Assembly (NCBI RefSeq): GCF_001194135.2
Contig: NC_069005.1
Coordinates: forward strand, 14,673,891-14,737,890
Length of the DNA stretch: 64,000 bases
Source of the DNA: Octopus bimaculoides
Lineage: Eukaryota
Direction of reading: 5' to 3'
This document shows positions 25,013-35,681 of the stretch, one piece after another; position 1 is the first letter of the stretch, and each line of letters begins with the position of its first letter. A program made the position numbers and the translations under genes. Below the pieces are notes generated by a model, which was not told the origin of the DNA, ran no database searches, and saw only the letters and a list, made by a program, of their open reading frames with translations.

Positions 25013-25875
25013 TAACAACAAGTTCTAGTCTGAGTTGGCTTGGTTTCTAAGGCAGGATGCCCTACCTAATGTCAACTCCTTTACAATTTGTGCTGGGTGC
25101 TTTGAACATGGTAACACATGAGAACTTTTATGTAGCACCAGGACAAGTGCTTTTTGCATGGCACTGGCACACAACTCTTGCAGGCCAATCCTTTTCACCA
25201 GGGAGAGTGGCCTTAACAGTTCTGATGTGGAGGATGGGTTTTCTTGAGTACAGCAAGGTACCAGGTATCTCGGTCCTTTGTCATCTCGTCTGAAAAGTTC
25301 ATCCTGAAATCATCCTCCTGTACTTCGTCCCATGTCTTCCTTGGTCTCCCATTTCCATGTTCCATCTACTTTGAGAGATTGGTACTTCTTTATGGAGCTG
25401 TCAGCATCCATCTGCATTACATGGCCAAACCAGCACAGACTTCTCTCTTGCACACTGCATCTAATTCCTCCCATGCCTAACTTCTTTCTCAATACACTAG
25501 TGCTCTGTCAATTATGTACGTTTACATTACAGATCCAGCATTCCTCTCTAGTCTTTACATGTCCTCTGCATTCAGGGCCCATATCTCACTACCATGTCAA
25601 ATTGTTGTTTGTTATTTGTAAATGAAAGTTACAAACTTCTTTCATAACCATTGCTGCATTAACTTGATAACCTTGTCTCTCAATTAAGATGCGTAAACAT
25701 GCAACACTGAGCATATTAAATGGTTCTAAACAATACTAAACACGAAAACAAGCAAAGAAAAAGAAAGCGCTATAAAATAGTAAAAAAAAATTATTGACTT
25801 GTTATCTCAATCTTTTACTTGTTCCTGTCATTGGATTGCATCCATGTTGAGACGCTACCTTGAAGGGTTTAGTTG

Positions 25876-26212
25876 AATAAAGAAAAAAATAAATATAAAT
25901 AAAAATAAAGGTAATAAAGATAAGACTAATAGTAATTGAGAACAGTGGAGAGTTAAATCCATCAAGAATAAAGAAATGGAATATTTTGGAGTGGTCAATA
26001 TTGTTGTGTTCTTGTCAAAAGATGACCTGTGTGGTGCCCCTTGATTTGAGGTCACATATTCAGTTCTCACAGGTGGTATGGTACACATAGACATATGTAT
26101 ACATATGCACACACTAATATACTTACATGCCTCTTAACTATTATACCTTTACATGTACGCACACATATGCAAACATCATATATGCATACACACACATACA
26201 CGTGTGTGTATG

Positions 26213-26247
<35 letters not shown>

Positions 26248-26450
26248 GTATGTACACCATACTACCTGTGAAACTGAATATGTGACCTCAAATCAGGTCA
26301 TCTTTTGACAAGAACACAACAATATTGACCACTCCAAAATATTCCATTTCTTTATTCTTGATAGACTTAATTCTCCTCTGCACTGTTCTTAATTACTATT
26401 AGTCTTATCTTTATTACCTTTATCTATTTATTTTTATTTTTTCCTTTATT
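25876..26450. repeat. Long inverted repeat (arms ~25876-26087 and ~26251-26450) with a microsatellite spacer
   Basis: The arm ggaatattttggagtggtcaatattgttgtgttcttgtcaaaagatgacctg is matched by caggtcatcttttgacaagaacacaacaatattgaccactccaaaatattcc. There is one ~15-nt indel and scattered mismatches. Confidence 0.9.
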
Positions 26451-27360
26451 TCATTTACTTTTTTCCTCTTCTTCTTTGCCTTCTCTCTTCCTTCCTTTTG
26501 TTCTTCTTCTTGTTCTTCTTCTTCTTCACACTTGCTTTTGTATTTATATATATATATATATATATATATAAGGTGAGCAAAAGTCTACATACGCCACTAT
26601 ATGTTTATATAAATCCAAAAATTGGAACAAGAACGCAGACAACAGTAAAACATCCGGACAGATAGACGATAAAAAGATGGGCAAGAAAAAACAAGGACGA
26701 GTCATTCAGAACAATCTCTCATCAGTTCATCAGTCAAGTATCCAGATAATCATAACAATTGCGGCCAGTTACACTTGAGACTGTTCAAATCTGGCTGGCC
26801 CCAAAAATCTAAGCTAAGAGGATTAAATTTTTGGGGAGAAAGCAAGTGAATGTATACGACAAGAAAGACAGGAAAAACAGAGAAAATGTTACACAATTAC
26901 AAATAAATTACAAGTAAATAACAACGGGTGTCTTTCGACCACCAAAGAGAAATCAAGTTGAACTGGCGTGTGTAGAGTGAAAGTTATGAGGCAGGAATAT
27001 AGGAGATGCTTTGCAGCCAGCAGTTGAGCCAAGAAAGAAAGATCATGCTTGGCCAAACACCAGTCACGTGGAAGGAAAGGAGAATGGTAGGGGGCAGAGG
27101 GAAAGAATGAAAAAGAGAGGAAATCCAAAGGCACATAGAGAAAGGTACAAGAGAGATAAACGAGGAGGGGCAGTAGGGAGATTAAAAAAAGAAGGCCAAG
27201 AAATGTGAGAGAAGGGGAATAAGAAAAAGAAAAAAGAGGAAAGAAAGTATGAGAGGAGTTGTTATTTATATTTGTAATTGTGTAACATTTTCTCCATTTT
27301 GCTAAGTTACAGGCATGTAAACATACTAGCATTGGTTGTCAAGCAATGGTGGGGGAACAA

Positions 27361-27398
<38 letters not shown>

Positions 27399-27776
27399 GA
27401 CAGGCTTCTTTCAGTTTCCATCTACCAAATCCACTCACAATGCATTGGTCAGTCTGAGGCTACAGTAGAAGGCACTTGCCCAAGGTGCCATGCAGTGGGA
27501 CTGAATTTGAAACCTTGTGGTTGGGAAGCAAGCTTCTTACCACACATCCACTCCTGCTCCTATATATCTACACTATAATAGAGAAAGCTGCTTGTTAATT
27601 AGGTATATAACAATTACTAAAAGAAAGCAATTATTAAAGGGCTGACCATCTGGAAATATCTGTATAAATTCATGTTCTAAGAATTTTCCAATAATTTCGA
27701 TTTCTCAAGTTTACTGAATTTTTTACCTCCAATTTCTCACAAATTTAAGTATTCATTGCATTCACTGCAGAGTATT

Positions 27777-28985
27777 TCATGAGAATTTATTTGCCACAAG
27801 AAAATTTACATAATAGAAAATGTTTTTATTCTTTGTGTCCTCCTTCTTAATAACTGCCTTCACACGCTTCCTGAAACTTGCACAAGTGCACCTCAAATAT
27901 TCGGGAGACAACTTCTCCCATTGTTTTTTAATAATATCTTTAAGAGAGTCGACATTACTGTGTGATGTTCTATTGGTAGCATGTTCTAAAATGCCCCAAA
28001 TAGCATAATCCAGAGGATTTAGATCTGGGCTAGAAAGTGGCCATAAACATGATTCCAAAAAATTGCTAAAGTTGGATTTGCAGAAATCTTGTATTTTTCT
28101 AGCAGTGTGGGCTGGAGCACCATCCTGTGTTCATATATAATTACCATCTGGGTAGTTTGCTTTAAGCCATGGCAATACCTGGTATCTCAGAGTCTTGTAG
28201 TAAGTATTAACATTGATCTTTTCATCAGCTTTGTAGAATTTTATAGGCATTTTCTTTCCATCAGAAACCACAACACCAAAAGCCATAACTTGAGCAGGAT
28301 GTTTTGTTTTGAATGTCCCCTTAACCTCAGCTGTCGATTTTGCGATAAATCTGTCATTTCTGCGGTTCAGAACAGCATCGACAGTGAAGATATTTTCATC
28401 TGAAACGATCGTTACAATGGAGGACTTTTTCTTGAACCATATAATAATTTTCTTGCACCTTTCCAATCTCTTTTCCTTCATAGCTGTTGTCAACAAGTGT
28501 TTTGGTGTTCTTGTGTAAGATTTTAGCCTCAAATCATATTTTTACTGCATTTCTAATGGTCTTGTTGTCTACCTCAAGTTCAATTGCCATTTTTCTCATG
28601 GATTTGGTTGGATCCTTTAGAATTTTGGATTTGAGAGCTTTAATAAAAGCTTTGGTACGTTTTTTGTTGATTCCTCTACTTCCAGACTTCCTCGTAATAG
28701 TTTTGCTCATAGCCATTCTATTCTTTACATTATAAACAGTCTTTATTGATACTCCAACTATTCTTGAAATCTCCTTTGGTGTGACGAGTGCATTCAGCAA
28801 ATGACACACTCTTTGACATTTGCTTTCCTGATTACTCACATGGGCAAAAGTTTCTGAAAAGGTAAGGATAATAGTGTTAGGTATGATTATGACATCAATA
28901 TATGCTAGGTTTCAAAACAATTGACTTAGTGCCTGCTAAGAAAAAACAACTTAACGTTCATTGTAAATTTTGCTTCCCCACCCTG
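27777..28985 (-). mobile_element. DD37D (maT) transposon, nearly full-length transposase
   Basis: 5' end TA|CAGGGTGGGGAAGC. Protein MSNQESK...IVSDE...QDGAPAHT...(37 aa)...PLDYAIWG. Lesions: +1 A at ~28540, TGA for Trp at 28133-28131, and a C-terminal frameshift. The 3' TIR was not found. Confidence 0.92.
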
Positions 28986-29004
28986 TATATATATATACAC
29001 ACAT

Positions 29005-29535
29005 ACGTGGAGGCGCGTGGCTTAGTGTCAGCACCATGATCGTAAGATTGTGGTTTCAATTCCTGGACCTGGCAACACGTGTTCTTGAGCAAAACACTTC
29101 ATTTCACATTGCTCCAGTCCACTCAGCTGGCAAAAATGAGTAACGCTGCGATGGACTGGCGTCCCATCCAGCTGGAGAACACATACACCACTGAAACTGG
29201 GAAACCAGGCCCATGAGCCTGGCTAGGCTTTAAAAGGATGCAGTGGAGGCGCAATGGCCCAGTAGTTAGGGCAGTGGATTCGCGGTTTCAATTCTCAGGC
29301 TGGGCGTTGTGAGTGTTTATTGAGCGAAAACACCTAAAAGTTCCACGAGGCTCTGGCAGGGGGTGGTGGCGACCCCTGTTGTACTCTTTCGGCCCAACTT
29401 TCTCTCACTCTTTCTTCCTGTTTCTTGTGTAATGCTGCGATGGACTGGCGTCCCGTCCAGCTGGGGGGAACACATACGCCATAGAAACTGGGAAACCGGA
29501 CCCATGAGCCTGGCTAGGCTTTGAAAGGGTGCATA
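29005..29535 (+). mobile_element. Two tandem tRNA-derived SINEs of different heads sharing the same 3' module
   Basis: Heads ggcgcgtggcttagtg... and ggaggcgcaatggcccag... Both end in gctgcgatggactggcgtcccRtccagctgg...gagcctggctaggcttt. Confidence 0.8.
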
Positions 29536-30949
29536 AATAATAAATATATACATACATACATATATGTATATATACATATATACATATGTATGTATATAAA
29601 ATATATACACACACACACACACGACTCAGTGGTTGGAGTATCGGACTCACAATTATGAGGTAGTGAATTTTATTTCCAGACTGAGCTGTGTGTTGTGTTC
29701 TTGAGCAAGACACTTTATTTCACATTGCTCCAGTTCACTCAGCTGGTAGAAGTGAGTTGTGATATCACTGGTGCCAAACTGTATTTGCCTTTGCCTTTAC
29801 TTTGGATAACATCAGTGGTGTGGAGAGGGGAGGCTGGTCTTCCATAAACAACCTTGCCCCCTTGGAGGGGAACTTTCTAGGTGCAATCTCATTGTCATTC
29901 ATGACCTTGGGTAAATATCAGAGACATGGAGGAGGGATTCGCATGTAGGGGCAACATAACCAACTGAGGCCCTGCATATTTTAACTGCTTCACACACATT
30001 GTAACTGCTATAAAAAAAAATGAAAATAGGTTGTTCATTAATTTAGCATGTTTTCCATGGGTTGGATGACTTGACAGAAACTGACAAGGCCAGGGGCTGC
30101 ACCAGGTTCTATAGTCCATTTTGGCTTGGTTTCTATGGCTAGATACCCTTTCTAACACCAACTACTTTACAGTGTACTGGGTGCTTTTTTTTTTACATGG
30201 CATCAGCACCCACACTAATGCTTTTACATGGCACCTTGGTTTCAAATGGTTTCATAGTTCATATGTCAAATAAAGCTTAGCATGATGGAAATTTTTTTTC
30301 TACTAAACTTCCTTTAAATATACTATATTCATATCATTAAAACAAACCTGGCAACTTGGGAACACACATCCCAGTGGGGAAGCTTCTATATGGTCACTGA
30401 ACTTGCTAAAAATAGCAGCTAATTCTCCTTTAAATCACAACCTCACATATTTAAAAAAAAAAAAAGTATTGGATAGTGTATTCCCACATGTATTATGGGT
30501 GAATAAAAGTGAGGTGGTTATTGCTGGAAGACCTATGAACATAGTTCTATTGGCCCAGAGTTGACTTTGGGCAAATCAGTAACAATTCTGGATTGCATTG
30601 TAGAAGGGCCATGATTTTTAACCTTTTAGCATTCAGATTTCTCTGTCGACTGTAATGCTTATTTATTCACATTAATTTGAATTAGTCATGCACTACTTTG
30701 TAGCTTTGAGATTCCAATGGCATGCGTGTTTATTTTTAGAATAATATTTTAGGGTAAATGTGAGAGGCCAGATCTGGCTAGTTTGAAGATAAAACAGATT
30801 ATTTTGGCCAGATATGGCTAGTTTAAATGTTAAAGGGTTAAACTGATAACAATTATAAGAAAAAGAAAGGATTTTGATGCCTTTTTTCTAATGATTGTAT
30901 CTGTCTCAGTTAAAAGAAAAACAAAAAAGACTTCACACCATGCCTTTGC

Positions 30950-30985
<36 letters not shown>

Positions 30986-32649
30986 CCAACACTTGGTACA
31001 CATTTTCACTTAAGCAAACTGGAACGACATAATATGTAGTGTCACCTGGTCTAGAAATTGAAGCTATGACCTTATGGTTGTAAGCCCAACACTAGGCCAC
31101 GTGCTTAAATAAAATTAAAAAATAATAAAAAATATCAAGGTAGTGATGTAAAGTAACAAGTGAAAGTGGTAAATAGAAAAGATGTAGGACAAGCACTGAA
31201 GAATAATAGTGAAGCATTGGAGAAATGATAGACAAATAATCTTTGAGTTTTATTATTAGCAATGTCATGTCAAGCAAGAAAGAGACTTTTTGTGCTGCAT
31301 TTTTCACATTTCTATATTAATAACTCTTTGTAATTAGCTGTTGTTAAGCATTTGCAGAATAAAAATAATTTTCTTTTTCATGCTGCATACATTGTGATTG
31401 AGAGATTTGTCAACTATATTTACCAGCCTACATTTAGACTTAAGGATACAAAAGCATGTATAAACCAGTGGTTCTCAACCAGGGTCCATATATGATTTGG
31501 TAGTGGTGGGGATCCATGCAGCAAAATAGTAGATTGGGGATCCACAATAGTACTTAAAGGGTCCCTGAAAAAATTTTGCATTGGTATGTATTGCAAGAAA
31601 CATCTGGGTTTCTTTATCTAACATTTTACATAGTCCAACCTACACAAGTTAATGTGTGAAAACATTAATAAATAACATTCTAATAAACCTTGACATTAGG
31701 AGGGCAGCCAGCCGTAGAAACCATGTCAAATTAGATTGGAACTTGGTGCAGCTTACCAGTTTTCAGTCAAACCGTCCAACCCATGCCAGCAAGGAAAACA
31801 GACGCTAAATGATGATGATAGTTTAAGCACCAAATATTAGCCCCGTGACTTTTTTATTTTTTGGAATTTTCAGAAAATGTTTGCAAATTTGTGTTCAACA
31901 CACGGGAATTCATACAATTATGCCAAACCAAAATAAGAAAAAAATTGTGTGATTTAAAGGTGATTTAGCTGTTGTTTTTAGCACATCTCACGACCATCTC
32001 ATACCGTCCTCGTTTTTTTGTCATCCTGATATGTATTGATGTTTTCAATATTTTTCTCCCCATAAAGACATTTATTCCTAGACTGAGCTGTGTGTTGTGT
32101 TCTTGAGCAAGACACTCTGCTGGGATTTAAGCAAAAAATTCGGACTGTCCATACGTTAAAATCTAATCTAAAAAAATAAATAAATGAGGAAGAGAGTGGA
32201 CATTTTAGGATTGGGGGGGGGGGGGNNNNNNNNNNNNNNNNNNNNNNNNNNNTTTTTTTTTTTTTCATAATCGTATGAATTCCCACATTTAGAACACGAA
32301 TTCGCAAAAGTTTTCTTAAAATTCCAAAAAAATAAAATAGTTATGAGGGGGTACTTAAACCAGAATTCCGTCACAAAATGCATTACTTTCGGCTTTAGGT
32401 TTCAAGTTTAAATGCTGCCGAAATCGACTTTGCTTTTCATCCTTTCGGAATCAATAAAATATGTACCAGACGACTACTGGGGGAGGGAGATGTAACCCCC
32501 TCCTCCAAAATTTCAGGCCTTGTGCCTGTCGTAGAAAGGATTATCATAAATACCACTAAGTAAAATTTCTTGCAGTATTTAGTTAATTCCCTTCATATTC
32601 TGATATAATAGACAATAGCCTCCCTCTGAGAATACGTGACGTCATATAG

Positions 32650-33760
32650 TAGAAATGATTCTCAAGCTACTGCTTGAGTATTCCGTTCGTATCGAGATGT
32701 GCGGGCGTCGTGTCGTAATGTTGTCGGGCAACAGAGAGGTCGAGGTTGTTGGTACTAGTAACTGGAGCAAAATTGAACCCAAACAAATTAAAGGGCTTGC
32801 ATGCAGATCGGCACCGGGAGAAGTAGGTGCAGAATGACTTGCGCCGTAGTGCGCTGTATCGACAATTTCGAGGTTAAGTTGCTTGCGTCTGGTTCGGTCT
32901 GGACATCCAAGTTGGATAAGAAGAGGACGAAGCAGAGTGGCCAATCTAACTCAGAACTGGGCTGAAAGGAAGCCATCTCTGAAAGACCGAAGTGGCAGAC
33001 GCTTACATTGCGTCCGTTATATGTTACACTCAACTGACTTGCTCTGTTCCAGCTTTTATCCGGACAGATCAGAGTAGCTGCTAGTTTTTGTAGAAGTACC
33101 GCGTTTCTCTGGTCAGGCGGTCCATCTGTTGCCAACATTATGTGCACGGTGTACTCGGAATGCTGTGACTGACGGTGAGTTTACAAACACCGGGATTGCG
33201 AGATCTGCAGAAATTTCTGGATGGTGAGCTAGTGTGATTGCCGTTTATCAAACACGTATTTCTACTGCCCGACTCTTTGACAGAGCTGCAATCTTGGTTC
33301 AAGCAAAGACCAAAACCTCTGGCCTCTGAAATGTTTTAGGCGCTCATAAACTCCTGCATGTCTGGTAATGCAGCCAATGGAACTTCCATGCGTGATTTCT
33401 GTAGATAACTAGGGGTAGGGAAGAGCAACAATATTGTCATATTGCCGACGAGAGTCAACTAGCTAGTTGAATTCAGAGAATTTTCGACCAGAGCACTATG
33501 GATAAATTCTAGAAATCATTAGCCCGACAGTGCTACAGGAGGGCATTGCTGGTTTGAAATAAACTTCACAGGTTCGGAAGTGCTATCAACCGCACTTTTT
33601 CGAAATGTTTGCAGAGCGAAGAAACCATTCTGCATGCACTCGTTCAGTGTCCGAGGATTGCTCACTTGTACAGTTGTATCTGACAACTGTTGTCGCGTCC
33701 AAGACACATCCAGCATCAGCTGTGTCCACATTGCTAGCAAACAAAATAAAAAGCCGGAAA
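32650..33760 (+). mobile_element. Tx1-clade LINE ORF2 3' fragment (RT C-terminus + zf-RVT), degenerate
   Basis: Frames give VKLL.GVWFGPD, RVANLTQNWAERKPSLKDR and SLARQCYRRALLV*NKLHRFGS...CLQSEETILHALVQCP. Confidence 0.8.
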
Positions 33761-34796
33761 TTTATTAATTTAGGTTTATTTGAAAGTGAGAATTATTAGG
33801 ATTGTGTGGTTTTATTGGCCTCAAATGTTTCGTGTACAGTATTTCGATTCTTTGACTGTTTAAATTCTATTGAAAAGGTAATACACAAGCTGTTTGGCTC
33901 TATGGCAGCATTTCAACCGTGACCATCTCGTCTATTTCCTTTAGTACTATGCACCACATTATCTATTGTAAAATAGTAGAATGTGATTTGAAGGTGATTA
34001 GACTGCTATTTCTAACATGTTTACCTCGCCTGTGTACATTTTGTTGTCATAGTTCTAGACGGGCTATGATGAAAGGCATTCCAGTCATGACCATCCCTTC
34101 TTTCCAGGAGTATTTAAGGCTACATCATCCAGTGTACCCCTTTTTAGGGCTACGTTCTTTAGTTTGTCCATACAATAGTTAAGACAGTAGAGTGAGAACT
34201 GGCTCTTATTTCTAGCAAGAACGAGCGCTTCCCTATCTCTAAAGTTCAGCTGACCATTAGTGGTTACCGTTGAGAGTATTTTGGAGCCTAAGTGCAAATA
34301 AATACACAAATAAAATTGTTGCGATATATAGGCGCAGATGTGGCTGTGTGGTAAGAAGCTTGCTTCCCAACCACATGGCTTCGGGTTCAGTGGCACGACC
34401 AAAACCTTGTGAATGGATTTGGTAGACGGAACTGAAAGACACCCGTCATATAAATGTGTGAAGTCTTGGGGTCGATTTGTTCGACTAAAATTCTTCAAAG
34501 TGGTGCTCCAGTATGGTCGCAGTCAAATGGCTTCAATAAAAGAATATATGAATGTAAAAAGGGTCTTGTTTAGTTCCACCGGCATCATCAAACAAAAGTC
34601 TCTGTTATAAATAAAATTAAAATTCCTTTCTTGAAAATAAATCGTTGCCAGTAACCTTTATGTCGAAGTCCCATATCTCAAGAAAAGGGGGAGGTGTTTC
34701 TTGTATTTCATACAACAATAATTACGATTCTAAAAAAAAATTCCAAAAATTTCAATTTTTTTTCCTATGTGACATGGAACTTCGAAAGGCAGAACT

Positions 34797-34851
<55 letters not shown>

Positions 34852-35470
34852 TCTTTCACTAAGCTTCAAATCATAATGTAACTTGTTCATCATATAGTTT
34901 TGAAATAGTTTTTCGAGATCGTTGTGAATATGTTATGAATGAGATCCAACCGCGACCATTATCATCATCGTTATTATTAAAGCAGCGCGATGACAGAATC
35001 GTTAACATGCCCGACTAAGTGCTTGGCGGTATTTCGTCCGTCTTTATGTTCTACGTTCAAATTCCACCGTGATCAGCTTTGCTTTCCATCCTTTCGTGGT
35101 CGATAAATTAAGTATCAGTTACGCATTGGAGTCGATGTAATCGACTTAATCCTTTCTCCCAAATTTGAAGCCTTGTTCTTCCAGTAGAAAGGATTATTAT
35201 TATTATTATTAAATACAACATAAATAAACATTAAAAGTTTCTTTTAATGTTACTTTACAATATCTTACGATTCGTCAAAACAAGTTCGGAAAAAGTTTTA
35301 GTTTCGTACTTTTCGTCTTATTCATTCATTCATTCATTTGTTTTGTGGTGTGATTTTTCTTTGTAAATTCATTAAAGTATTTAAATTTCTAATGAAAAAT
35401 TTTTTGATAAATAATTTTTTTATTCTTCACTGATTTTTTAAACTAATTTTATTTTTTTTATTTTTTGCAG

Positions 35471-35681
35471 CTGCTGTATTGGTTGCCACGTGATCACTAC
35501 ATCCGGGTGATCGGCCATAGGAGAAATGGCGGTTGCCGTCACAATTGTGTTGTCGGTATCAGAGCCGAGTGAAGCGATCTAGTGGGAAGGAGAAGTAGAA
35601 ACAATGAATTTGAAGTGGTGCAAACATACGCTTTCTCTTCCTGTTTGAACTTAATCAAGATACATCAGCGATTATACAAAT
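35471..35681 (+). promoter_or_regulatory. PNN 5'UTR segment after a strong splice acceptor, containing two uORFs (35526-35582 MAVAVTIVLSVSEPSEAI*; 35604-35648 MNLKWCKHTLSLPV*)
   Basis: Long T-rich tract ending ttttttgcag|ctg at 35470. Both uATGs have A at -3 and are in frame with the main ATG. Confidence 0.7.
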
